Positions 9,086-18,506 of a stretch of 26,695 nucleotides of DNA are shown piece by piece. The stretch is from a virus. Its lineage: Duplodnaviria; Caudoviricetes. The stretch spans positions 1-26,695 of the IMG/VR virus record IMGVR_UViG_3300034357_000123; one strand, given 5' to 3'. The stretch's first letter is position 1. Each line of letters starts with the position of its first letter. The position numbers were made by a program, and so were the translations under genes. The notes under the pieces were generated by a model that had not been told where the DNA came from, searched no databases, and was given only the letters and a program-made list of their open reading frames with translations.

Positions 9086-10414
9086 TTAAAATGAAACCAC
9101 GATCTTAAAATCTTCTGTTTGATCTGTAGCTCTTTGAATTGGTGTAATATTATTTATGTACAATAAACTTCCTGTATATGGAGTAAAAGCTTTGTTAATG
9201 CTGCTTTGAACCTGACGAGAAGCTTTTGATGTGTCGCCTGTTAATGGATCAGTTGTTAAAGTTCCAGACACATCTATCAAGTTTAAAAGATTCAATCCAG
9301 AATTCCAACTTACAACTCTACCTTTAAATGATGCAGACGCTAGACTTATTCCTTGATAAACATATTCATCTTCTACATAGTTGTCGCCTACTGGATCTAA
9401 CGTTACCGATGTTGTTTGTGAATATACTAGTCCAGAAGCTATTGTAGTACCATCTCTCAATACAGGATTTTTAATTAATGCTATCTGTCTAATTTCGTTT
9501 TGAGTGTCTATGATATCTGATTCCGAGCCTCTTAGTCTTGGATTAAGTATAACAAAAGATCCTCCAAGTTCTTCTACAGGATTAGCACCATGACCACCTG
9601 TAGGACTCATAATAACTCTTGCATTTGCTCCACTGCCATTAGCAGAAGTAAAGGCTGCATTAGCGTATGTGTAATTTTGCCCTTTGTTTGTAATTAAAAT
9701 GCTTTCTATGCCAAATGTTGTTGTATTGACAGTTGCGGCAGCTTCAGCACCTGTTCCATCGCCAGTAATAGTGATTGTAGGAGGAGTAGCTACAGAATAA
9801 GCAGATCCTGCATTTACAATCTTTATTGATCCAATCGAACCTTGTACAGCACTATTTTGAACATGCCATTGCAATGTTCCATTATCTTCAGTTAGTGTAC
9901 GAACTGGTATAAAATTGGTTGTGGTAAAACGAAGCTTTTCTTCATCCGATAGCTGATACATAAATTTCCAGATGTACTTATCGGATAACTGTTCGGCCAA
10001 ATATGTATTGATGCTTGTTGGTTTAACTGTCGATGCACCGCTATTGTTATTGCCAAGGCATTTATATACATTCCATTCATCAGTAACAACATAAAACTTA
10101 ACATCAGGATCATTCATATCTAAAGTTGCTTCGGAATCATCATATTCTGTATAAACTGTTCCTGATACCCAATCAAATCTGCGGATAGCAAGACGAATAT
10201 CATTACCAACAATCTTCTTAGCACCAATCATATTTTTCCAAACTTGATTGAATGTGTCGATAGAGCTATTAGCTTGAGGAGGAGCACCTTCACTTGTCCA
10301 TTCATCTACCTTACCGAATGTAAAGTAAACGTATGGCAGACTTGTATCTCCAATTGATGCCTTAAAATTCTCGGCATTATAGATTTGCATACTTTTAGTG
10401 TAAATTGAAGACAT
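9086..10414 (-). CDS. gp8: Baseplate wedge subunit gp8, 442 aa
   Basis: RRFDWVSGTVY..YD, FYVVTDEWNVYKCLGNN, YIWKFMY, GGHGANPVEELG and C-terminal PIQRATDQTEDFKIVVSF. Synteny gp6-gp7-gp8. Confidence 0.88.
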   Translation of the reverse strand: MSSIYTKSMQIYNAENFKASIGDTSLPYVYFTFGKVDEWTSEGAPPQANSSIDTFNQVWKNMIGAKKIVGNDIRLAIRRFDWVSGTVYTEYDDSEATLDMNDPDVKFYVVTDEWNVYKCLGNNNSGASTVKPTSINTYLAEQLSDKYIWKFMYQLSDEEKLRFTTTNFIPVRTLTEDNGTLQWHVQNSAVQGSIGSIKIVNAGSAYSVATPPTITITGDGTGAEAAATVNTTTFGIESILITNKGQNYTYANAAFTSANGSGANARVIMSPTGGHGANPVEELGGSFVILNPRLRGSESDIIDTQNEIRQIALIKNPVLRDGTTIASGLVYSQTTSVTLDPVGDNYVEDEYVYQGISLASASFKGRVVSWNSGLNLLNLIDVSGTLTTDPLTGDTSKASRQVQSSINKAFTPYTGSLLYINNITPIQRATDQTEDFKIVVSF

Positions 10415-10432
10415 TTCTTTTCCTATTTTTAC

Positions 10433-10440
10433 TATTTAGT
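10433..10440 (-). promoter_or_regulatory. Putative late promoter (ACTAAATA) upstream of gp8
   Basis: TAAATA core overlapping the gp7 stop codon, 18 nt upstream of the gp8 ATG, followed by an AGGA SD. Confidence 0.5.
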
Positions 10441-12643
10441 ATATAACTTTGCCAACATTCACTGTTCCCGAAGTGTTAGGAAGAAGCGTATTGGCTAGAT
10501 ATGTCGAAACAAGAGTGTTGGCAATATAAGGAACAGTGTTGATTATGAAGTAGTCTGTATTTACCACTGTTCTAATCTTATATGGTCCAGCCACACTATC
10601 GTAAGAAGCATTTACAACATTGGCAGCAACAGCCGTTGCTATGTTAGACGGCGATAAGTTACCTGTCAACCATTCCAGATATACAATATCATTGGTATTT
10701 AAACCGTGAGAACTATAGTTGATGCCCACATTTCCCTTATAAAAATCATATGTTCTGGTTATAGTGGAAACTAGATTGTCCGATGTTCCTCTAACAGAAA
10801 GATTTAGATTTGCTCCTTCATCCACAGTTAAATACTCACCAAATAGTTTCATACCAGCAGGATGTATTAGATTTTTAAGAACCGAACGATACTTATCTAA
10901 AGATTGCTTTACCTTAACAACATAAGAGAACTTCTGATAATAATCTCTGTCTTGAATAAAGTTGTATGAAGAGATATGACCATCGTCGTTTAGATATCTA
11001 CCAGGATATGTAAATGTTCCTGTAATGATTGTAGCTACAGCTTGTGCAGTTCCATCACCAGATTGTGTAAGATTTAAAGTTGGTATGGTTGTGTATCCTG
11101 AACCGCGAGATAGAATTTCAAGACTTAAAATTTGACCTTCTACAGAGTTCGCAGAATATAAGGTTTCTCCTGATCCAAGAACAGCGGTAACTTGAATATT
11201 GGCATTAGAAGCTTGAGCATTTGCCGATACAACATTAGCTATTGGTAGCAATAGTTGTTCATATCCTGAACCGCCAGTAATTTGACCAGGAACACTCACG
11301 AACGCCACAGCACTGATTGTATTGGATTGTGCCATATCAACATTAGCAACTCTAGCTGCTGCACCAGATCCAGTTCCGCCAGGAACGTTTATAAACTCAA
11401 TAGTGTCTCCAATATAGTATCCAGTACCACCATTAACAATTCTCATTTTACCAAGAATACCAAGATTTCTCACTCTTGTATTAGCTTGAGCGGTAATTGT
11501 AGGAGCGGTTAGATAACCAGAACCTAAATTGTATAGAAGAACGCCTGTGATTGGACCAGTGTTGGCATAAACAAAGTAAGAAAGAGAGTTTGCTAGTGTA
11601 GTGTTAGCATTAGCAGGATTTGTAAACCCAGAGAAATACAGACCATAGTTAATATTATTGATATTTGCATTTGCTATCGATTGTATAGTAGTATAGATAA
11701 TATTGTATGAGTTAGGATGATAAAAGTTGTCTGCTGAAACTGAAGAAACATTTGCATTTGCTCCTGATCCGCCGCCACCAGTAATCAGGACTTGATTTCC
11801 TTTTTGGAATCCAGCACCACCATTTAGTGCTGCAATAGAGCTTAGATTACCACTACTAACGGATGTGACAATAACAACGCCGCCACTTCCAGTTCCACTC
11901 TCAATTATTACCTGATCACCAACTTGATATCTTGTTCCGCGATTAGTGATCTCAACAGTATTGATACCGCCAGAGAAAAGATTGGCCGTGATTGTCTTTT
12001 CAACACCGTTTTCAATAAAATTTGATGTTATTCCTTCACCCGAATCAAATGTTCTATACTGGTTTGATAGCTTAAGCTCACGAACAAGAGAAGTGCCTTC
12101 GTAGTATGATGAAGTTCTTTCGATTAGAGCAAATGCATTTGAAACATCGCCTGTGATTCTTCTATTGACGAATTTAGTTTCTATTCCTAAAGAACTGTTA
12201 GCAACACCATTAACTTTTATATTTGTGATCTTGACAGATTTTTCTTGGAACCATTTACCATCGGATACTCTTAGAATATCTCTCTGTGGGTAATAGAATT
12301 CAACATCTTCATCAAACAAAATTCTCATAAGGAATCTGATAGACTTTTCGGTACCTCTTGAACGATAGAAGTCCTTGATGTGCTTTAGAATAAGAGTTTT
12401 ATCTACAGCAGTATCTTTTGGAATAAATGGAAGAAAGTTATCGTAGAACTTCTCAACAAAGATATCAGTCAGGTCAACATCTGCTTGATCTAATAGGTTC
12501 TTAGTGACGTTCACAACACCTGTTTGCTGTTCTAAGAATTCATAGTAAGCTTCCACAAAAGCGACGAAGTTTTCATGGTCGTTCCTAACAAAGAACGGAA
12601 CTTGCGATTCGATTAAATTTGATATTTTGTTGTTGCTGATCAT
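10436..12643 (-). CDS. gp7: Baseplate wedge initiator gp7-like protein, 735 aa
   Basis: QVPFFVR...FVEAYYEFLE, LKHIKDFYRSRGTEKSIRFLMRILF and IQDRDYYQKFSYVVK...LIHPAGMKLFGE. Lies between gp6 and gp8. Confidence 0.8.
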   Translation of the reverse strand: MISNNKISNLIESQVPFFVRNDHENFVAFVEAYYEFLEQQTGVVNVTKNLLDQADVDLTDIFVEKFYDNFLPFIPKDTAVDKTLILKHIKDFYRSRGTEKSIRFLMRILFDEDVEFYYPQRDILRVSDGKWFQEKSVKITNIKVNGVANSSLGIETKFVNRRITGDVSNAFALIERTSSYYEGTSLVRELKLSNQYRTFDSGEGITSNFIENGVEKTITANLFSGGINTVEITNRGTRYQVGDQVIIESGTGSGGVVIVTSVSSGNLSSIAALNGGAGFQKGNQVLITGGGGSGANANVSSVSADNFYHPNSYNIIYTTIQSIANANINNINYGLYFSGFTNPANANTTLANSLSYFVYANTGPITGVLLYNLGSGYLTAPTITAQANTRVRNLGILGKMRIVNGGTGYYIGDTIEFINVPGGTGSGAAARVANVDMAQSNTISAVAFVSVPGQITGGSGYEQLLLPIANVVSANAQASNANIQVTAVLGSGETLYSANSVEGQILSLEILSRGSGYTTIPTLNLTQSGDGTAQAVATIITGTFTYPGRYLNDDGHISSYNFIQDRDYYQKFSYVVKVKQSLDKYRSVLKNLIHPAGMKLFGEYLTVDEGANLNLSVRGTSDNLVSTITRTYDFYKGNVGINYSSHGLNTNDIVYLEWLTGNLSPSNIATAVAANVVNASYDSVAGPYKIRTVVNTDYFIINTVPYIANTLVSTYLANTLLPNTSGTVNVGKVIY

Positions 12644-12646
12644 CTT

Positions 12647-14716
12647 TTATGCTGAAACAATTTCTATTTGATATGAGAGCGGATTATCAACATCAATGTC
12701 TATAATCTTATTTCTGATAGAGGTAATAATTTCTTTGTCTACAAATGTATTTATCGTCAATACATTTGGTTCATAATAAGCATTTGTTGCTACCGACACA
12801 GGTAATAGAGACTTAAGAACAATTATACCATTATCATAGTCTATTGTTCCAGCATTATTGTTGACGAATACTTTTTCGCCATTTTCGTTTAGATAGTATG
12901 TTCTAAGAGTTCCGACGCGAGACTGAAGAATAGGATCCACAACAACACCTGATCCTGTTTCTCCCGATATAGTTACAATAGCTCTTGTATAATTAGAACC
13001 TTTATTGGTCAATTCAATCGACGCAATTCTACCACCATAAAGTTTAGCAATACCTGTTGCTCCTGTGCCATCGCCGACAATAGTAACTGTCGGAACTGTG
13101 CTGTAGTTTACACCGCCATTTACAATATCGATTCTATCAATACCAGAGCTTATTGATGGCACCTCTTCAAAGAATACCTGTCTTGTAACAAAGTTAGTAT
13201 CAACAATGCCTAATGAAGGATAAGATGATATTGAGCTATTGAAATCGCCTTTCTTTATAGGTATTCCATAATCAACGGTATAGCTTTTTGTTTGACTTAG
13301 TGTGATTGGAATTCTCTTTTGAAGTATAACCTTAATATCGGAACCAGTGATAGATTTTTCCGAGTCCTGAATATACTGCTGTATTACCGACTTTTGAAAA
13401 CCAGACTTAAACTTACCGAGATAGTCTGTCTTATAGTCTTCAATAGAAGCAACGACAAAGCTTTTAATCTGGGCCGCTGTGTATTGAGTTAAAGTCGGAT
13501 CATAATATACGTATCCGCGAACAAAGATGTATGTATAAGACGGATCAACGATTTCAGGTATAACAGTTAAGACGTTTCTATTTGTGATTAGACTGTTCTT
13601 AATGCTTTCTTTTTCCAAATTAGTTAAGAAGTAGTTTTCCTTAGTCTTCAATGATAAGAATACCTTACCGTAAACAACAGGAATATTGTCTTCACCGCCC
13701 CATACAGCCACTGAATCGATGTTTGGATAGTCTTTGGTAACCAGAGTTTCATAGTCATATATGGTAATAGCGCGGTTCTGTGCTGAGTAGAAGTATGGTG
13801 CACGATACTTGACCTGCTCAATTGTTTCTTTCTCAGTACCAGAATATGATGCACCAGTAGAAGATATGCGAACATTATCATTGAATGAGCCAACCGATTC
13901 AACAATTGTAAAGACATTGATCTTATTGGCTATTGAACCGGCATTGTCAATGTATGTGATATTGATGATATTGCCATTTGTAGGTTTCTTGCCAATTACA
14001 TCATCACCGAAGTAAACTCTATAATTTCCATCTTCGTTTTCTTCAATAAAGTATACCTTTGAATCTCTTGTAATTTCGGTCAAATCTTCTGCAATATTAT
14101 AGACAAAGGTATCTGTATTAGATGAAGATTGTTGAACAGTAACAATTACTGTATTAAGATCAACGTTTGCAGATGGTATTTCAAATCTTCTCTTGGTATT
14201 TGTTGAATCCATTAGAAACTGGCGTGTGACAACTTCGCCTTGTTTAATGGTAACATTACTGAATAAGAATGAACTTCCGTCTTTATTGACTGTATCCGAA
14301 TTCAAAGCAACAAATGGATAGTTGATACCATCAAGAGAACCACCGAAGAATCTGGTATATTTGTCTAGTGTTAGAGTAGAGGTTCCTTGATCTTCATTTA
14401 CTGAAGGCGTTACTAGAATGTTCAGCTTAGTTTCCGCGCCATGGCTGCTTTCCGGCACGTAATTGATAAGCTTGGCATGGGATACGGTAGACTGGCGCAG
14501 CTTCGAAGTATCAAGGAACATTTCATTGGCAATCATGTTCAGGTAGAACGCATTATAGTGAGTGTTATAAGCCAAAAGATCCAGCAGAACATTCATACCT
14601 GAACCTTCAAAGTCAAAGTCCTGGAATCGCGACTGGCTTCTTAGGAACGTTTTTAGATTATTCTTGATTGAATCAAAATCAAGATCGGTAACTGTTAGCG
14701 TTGTATTAGCTGGCAT
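12647..14716 (-). CDS. gp6: Baseplate wedge subunit gp6, 689 aa
   Basis: LDFDSIKNNLKTFL...FQDFDFEGSGMNVLLDLLAYNTHYNAFYLNM, YFGDDVIGKKP, QNRAIT..DY and VWGGEDN.PVVYGKVFLS. Confidence 0.93.
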   Translation of the reverse strand: MPANTTLTVTDLDFDSIKNNLKTFLRSQSRFQDFDFEGSGMNVLLDLLAYNTHYNAFYLNMIANEMFLDTSKLRQSTVSHAKLINYVPESSHGAETKLNILVTPSVNEDQGTSTLTLDKYTRFFGGSLDGINYPFVALNSDTVNKDGSSFLFSNVTIKQGEVVTRQFLMDSTNTKRRFEIPSANVDLNTVIVTVQQSSSNTDTFVYNIAEDLTEITRDSKVYFIEENEDGNYRVYFGDDVIGKKPTNGNIINITYIDNAGSIANKINVFTIVESVGSFNDNVRISSTGASYSGTEKETIEQVKYRAPYFYSAQNRAITIYDYETLVTKDYPNIDSVAVWGGEDNIPVVYGKVFLSLKTKENYFLTNLEKESIKNSLITNRNVLTVIPEIVDPSYTYIFVRGYVYYDPTLTQYTAAQIKSFVVASIEDYKTDYLGKFKSGFQKSVIQQYIQDSEKSITGSDIKVILQKRIPITLSQTKSYTVDYGIPIKKGDFNSSISSYPSLGIVDTNFVTRQVFFEEVPSISSGIDRIDIVNGGVNYSTVPTVTIVGDGTGATGIAKLYGGRIASIELTNKGSNYTRAIVTISGETGSGVVVDPILQSRVGTLRTYYLNENGEKVFVNNNAGTIDYDNGIIVLKSLLPVSVATNAYYEPNVLTINTFVDKEIITSIRNKIIDIDVDNPLSYQIEIVSA

Positions 14717-15123
14717 TAGCGGACTCTTTCTAGGAATATTGTGGTGGTCAGTGGCTCGTTTCTATTAAGAACAATAAAATCAAGTCTTGCTGTATATCCG
14801 TTATTATCATAGTCTGGTATAACTGTGACTTTTAAAAGCTCTACACGCGGTTCATAGTTTTGAATGACTTCTGTAATTGCATTTTCTAAGAAATTAGCAA
14901 CAAGCGGAGACATATTATCAAATAGTAATTTAACGGCATTCGAACCAATACCAGGTCTAAAAGGCTTTTCATAGAAATTTGTAAGGACTAAATTACGAAC
15001 CGAACGCTTGATAGCATCAGCACCAGTCTTAACAACCACATCTTTTGTCATAGGATGTGCGATGAAATCCAAATCTAAATCGGAATAGTCTGGTGTTCTT
15101 GATATTACTATTGGTTGTGCCAT
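14716..15123 (-). CDS. gp25: Baseplate wedge subunit gp25, 135 aa
   Basis: YSDLDLDF..HP...D, AIKRSVRNLVLTN.YEKPFRP.IGS, I..YEPRV and C-terminal LERVR. TAATG overlap with gp6. Confidence 0.92.
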   Translation of the reverse strand: MAQPIVISRTPDYSDLDLDFIAHPMTKDVVVKTGADAIKRSVRNLVLTNFYEKPFRPGIGSNAVKLLFDNMSPLVANFLENAITEVIQNYEPRVELLKVTVIPDYDNNGYTARLDFIVLNRNEPLTTTIFLERVR

Positions 15124-15128
15124 GTGAT

Positions 15129-15136
15129 TATTTATG
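15129..15136 (-). promoter_or_regulatory. Putative late promoter (CATAAATA) 5 nt upstream of the gp25 ATG
   Basis: The minus strand reads CATAAATA-ATCAC-ATG, with no SD. Confidence 0.55.
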
Positions 15137-15947
15137 TTTCTCTAGCAGGTGATGTTGGTTTCTTAAATGTAACTTCGGTAGAATCAGCATCAACAGAAGC
15201 ACCAGAAGCAAGTAGAATATTAGGTGCGCCATCGGAACCATCAGCAGCAATAGAACCGCCTTTTAGTGATATTTTGCCGCTTGATTTTAGATTCAAAGCT
15301 GAATCGGATTTCATATGCATACTGCTACCAGCTTCTATCATCATTTTTCTACCTGATTTAATTCCAACGGCTTGTTTAGCACCAAGGGCTACGGAATCAC
15401 TGGTAGACAATAAAGATAGACCACCATCGGATGCAATAGTGGTAATACCCTGAGATGTAATTTTGGTTGACCCCTCAATATTGGTAGACATTTCCTTTGC
15501 AGTCGTATCCATATTACCACGAATTGTTTGATTTAAATTCTTAGCTGTCACATTCATATCGCCATGGACAACCGTATTATGATTTCCCTTGACAGTCACA
15601 TTATAATCTCCGTCTACACTGAGGCTTCCTCCGCCTTGAACAGTAATATCTTGAGCGCCAGTGACAAGAATTCTATTCTCACCAAATATAATCTGATACA
15701 TTCCATTCTGGGCGCCAATAGATATAGCACCATCAGGCATGAATTGGATCATAGAACCACCGCGATGCTGAATGGTTACATGTTCACTGCCCATGGTATC
15801 ATCAGTCATAATGACATGCCCCGATCTAGTCTTGGCCAATACATTATAATTTGGATACTCACCGCCAGTATCTCTTGCATCTGGCGGACCAGACCATTCA
15901 GCTGGTGTTACGTTCTTAGGATTACCTGGTGGTTTATAAGCGCCCAT
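15132..15947 (-). CDS. gp5: Baseplate central spike, gp5 C-terminal beta-helix part, 271 aa
   Basis: EYPNYNVLAKTRSGHVIMTDDTMGSEHVTIQHRGGSMIQFMPDG matches the gp5C YP.N....T.SGH..E.DDT.G.E motif. It is followed by 8-residue VxG repeats (VDGDYNVT VKGNHNTV VHGDMNVT). Confidence 0.8.
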   Translation of the reverse strand: MGAYKPPGNPKNVTPAEWSGPPDARDTGGEYPNYNVLAKTRSGHVIMTDDTMGSEHVTIQHRGGSMIQFMPDGAISIGAQNGMYQIIFGENRILVTGAQDITVQGGGSLSVDGDYNVTVKGNHNTVVHGDMNVTAKNLNQTIRGNMDTTAKEMSTNIEGSTKITSQGITTIASDGGLSLLSTSDSVALGAKQAVGIKSGRKMMIEAGSSMHMKSDSALNLKSSGKISLKGGSIAADGSDGAPNILLASGASVDADSTEVTFKKPTSPARET

Positions 15948-15961
15948 AATTCATCACTTTC

Positions 15962-17212
15962 TTATTTAACTGCATCAAAAATATTACCCACATTATGTCC
16001 AATATCATTCGCTTTATTTAATAGTGTTTGGGCTTGTGATCCCGGAGCAATTACTTTTTCCATCATGCTTTTAGCTATTCCTTGTTTATCTGGTGGCAGT
16101 CTATTAAACATATCGGACATAACACCAGATGAACTACCAAACATATTACCTAGAGAAGCACCAGGGAATCCAGCACCAGAAGACATTAAACTACCAAACG
16201 CATCAATTGCTTTCTGGACTGGCTCAGGAGTTGTTATTTGAACTGCTCCAGTAGCCGATAAACTCATAGATATATCACCAAACGCTGTAGGAATAGTAAA
16301 TGGTGTAGCCGCTAATTTATCTAAACCGAATAATGATGTGTCGGATTGTAGACGCTGCATATTGCTAATTACTTCACCGAGAGACTGATTGCCCTTTAAT
16401 ATAGAAACAGCATTGGTCAAGTATGTAGTAGGATCCACCTTACCCGATGTAGAAAATCCACCGCTTTCCGATATTTCCATTGACTGCATTAGACTAAACA
16501 TATTCTGCATACCCTGGGCTAATTCAGGTTTTAGTGATGATAATAACTCATCGGCCACAGATGAGGTAAGCGATGTTAAAATATTACTTACCGAAAAATT
16601 GGTACCAGGCAAAGCAGAAAGCATAGAACCAGTTAGAATATTACTGAAAGATTGAGTGGCTGAAGAAACACCAGTTATTTGCTTTAATGGCATACCAGCT
16701 AGATTATACGATGCTCCGTGAGATTGCATACCTTTTAGTAGGTCGTGCTTATGCTTTTGACCTTTTTCCTGTATTTGACGGATTCGAGTACCGCCAGACA
16801 TGGTCTCTTTTACATTAGGTGGAGTATTGATATTTAATTCGGTAGAAAAAGCCTCAACCAAAGCTTTTAAAAAGGTATTTAAATTTTTATTACCTGGTTG
16901 CCCACCATCTTGTCTATTTGTTGGTATTGAACCAAGAACAATTAATGAAGAATCGCCGGGCGGACCACTCTTCATACAAAGCATAGCCTGACCAGGATCT
17001 GGGCAACCATTAAATGATGTAGCACCGCCTTGACTTGATGGCATAATCATAGGTGAAAAACCACAGTCTTCCTTATTTACAAGATTGCCATGTACTTGTG
17101 GGCAAAATATTCTTACACCATTTTGATTTGGCGCTGGATCTCCCTCATGGCCACCGATAACAATACCAACCAGCATATTGTTTTCTTGTGTCGGATCTCT
17201 TGGTCTACTCAT
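15962..17212 (-). CDS. gp5 N-terminal OB-fold-like hub protein with an uncharacterised C-terminal region, 416 aa
   Basis: VGIVIG....DP.....GVRIFCPQVHG and PDPGQ.......G.....IVLGSIP resemble the gp5/VgrG OB-fold. It lies between the gp27-like hub and gp5C. Confidence 0.6.
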   Translation of the reverse strand: MSRPRDPTQENNMLVGIVIGGHEGDPAPNQNGVRIFCPQVHGNLVNKEDCGFSPMIMPSSQGGATSFNGCPDPGQAMLCMKSGPPGDSSLIVLGSIPTNRQDGGQPGNKNLNTFLKALVEAFSTELNINTPPNVKETMSGGTRIRQIQEKGQKHKHDLLKGMQSHGASYNLAGMPLKQITGVSSATQSFSNILTGSMLSALPGTNFSVSNILTSLTSSVADELLSSLKPELAQGMQNMFSLMQSMEISESGGFSTSGKVDPTTYLTNAVSILKGNQSLGEVISNMQRLQSDTSLFGLDKLAATPFTIPTAFGDISMSLSATGAVQITTPEPVQKAIDAFGSLMSSGAGFPGASLGNMFGSSSGVMSDMFNRLPPDKQGIAKSMMEKVIAPGSQAQTLLNKANDIGHNVGNIFDAVK

Positions 17213-17213
17213 A

Positions 17214-18503
17214 TTATACTATTCCCTGTCCTGCTGTCTGTGCTACACATTCCATTGTAGTGGTAGAAAAACCACCGCTTTTAAGTGAATGTTTTAAATT
17301 AACGATTAAATATCTGCCAGAACCATATAATAATTTATCTTCACGACCTGCAGAACCCTCGACGCCTTTTCTAGGGAATTCAACGTCAATCATTTTGCCT
17401 GCATGTAGCATTGGATTCCATGGTACTGTAAGAGATAGAGCTATTTTGTCTTGCTCTAATAATGACATTCTGGCCTGTCTTTTTAATAGGTATTTCTCAA
17501 TTTCAGAGGCGCACTGATCTTGGTCTTGTTCGGTATTAAAATTAGACTTACCTAAATTCATATTACCACCGCCTAATCCACACCCAGCAGCTTGATTACC
17601 AAACAAACTGTGAGTGCCTGCCATCGGGTTAGAGCTTATCATTGAACTAATAAAGCTGCCATCCACATCAATACCATTTAGAATATCTGATAATAAATCA
17701 AAATCACATGGGAAATTATATGTCATTATACTAAGTGGATTACCATAGCCAGCAACAGAACCTGTCTCAGAAAATACAAATGGCTCATTAATAGCTGGTG
17801 CTTCTTTGGTAAGCGAATAAATTGATCTGAAGTGGTGTGTGCCAAGGTTCTCATAGGTCATATAATGAACAAACGATGGGTCATTACCATTAGCCAGAGC
17901 AGCATTGGCTTGCTGTGTTACCACCTGAAACGGGTGAATATTCTCAGCGATATAATCGCGCATTGGTGTGCAAGATTCCACATCTAAGCTTTGGACACCA
18001 GCGCAACCTTGTAATATTTGCGACACAATATCAGATGGAGCGGTGCATTTCCATGACTGTGATACCAAGCTTCTGGCATCATTTAATAAGCTATCATCGC
18101 AGGCATGAATACGGAATTGTTCGTTATTATTATTTAATGACTTAACTCCACTTGAATCAGGACGTTGGTCGCGCTTATCTATACGGTATATTCTTTGAGA
18201 TATATCCATGGTTGATTCCATACCAAAGTCCTTGAGAATTTCTCTCTCAATTCGAATATCCATTATTTTATTCTTGAAATCATCAAAATTCTTTGGTGGT
18301 CCAACTACACCATTACCATCCGGTGATGCATGGAGAAAGCTGTCTACTAATATTGACGTTTGGAGACCAGGAGTTAATAGACTTTCTCCTAGTGTAATTT
18401 CACGGATAGTGATTTCTCTGATATTATTCTCGTTTACACCACCAAAACCTACCGTAAACTCGACCTTTGATTCACCCAGTGTTGGAGTATTAATATTTAC
18501 CAT
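17214..18503 (-). CDS. Baseplate hub protein (gp27-like), 429 aa
   Basis: ITLGESLLTPGL at the N-terminus and LTVPWNPMLHAGKMIDVEFP...GSGRYLIVNLKH at the C-terminus are typical of contractile-tail hub proteins. It lies between gp53 and gp5. Confidence 0.6.
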   Translation of the reverse strand: MVNINTPTLGESKVEFTVGFGGVNENNIREITIREITLGESLLTPGLQTSILVDSFLHASPDGNGVVGPPKNFDDFKNKIMDIRIEREILKDFGMESTMDISQRIYRIDKRDQRPDSSGVKSLNNNNEQFRIHACDDSLLNDARSLVSQSWKCTAPSDIVSQILQGCAGVQSLDVESCTPMRDYIAENIHPFQVVTQQANAALANGNDPSFVHYMTYENLGTHHFRSIYSLTKEAPAINEPFVFSETGSVAGYGNPLSIMTYNFPCDFDLLSDILNGIDVDGSFISSMISSNPMAGTHSLFGNQAAGCGLGGGNMNLGKSNFNTEQDQDQCASEIEKYLLKRQARMSLLEQDKIALSLTVPWNPMLHAGKMIDVEFPRKGVEGSAGREDKLLYGSGRYLIVNLKHSLKSGGFSTTTMECVAQTAGQGIV

Positions 18504-18506
18504 GCT

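Noticed and set aside
15948-15961. Readthrough or frameshift rejoining the two gp5 halves
   Set aside because: The gap is out of frame, and two TGA stops precede the gp5C ATG in its frame.
15564-16241. 225-aa plus-strand ORF and other antisense ORFs across the late operon
   Set aside because: These are antisense shadows of well-supported genes, with no motifs or RBS.
17213-17218. TATAAT on the minus strand just before the 416-aa gene
   Set aside because: It is formed by the hub gene's last codon and TAA stop, and there is no -35 element at the proper spacing.
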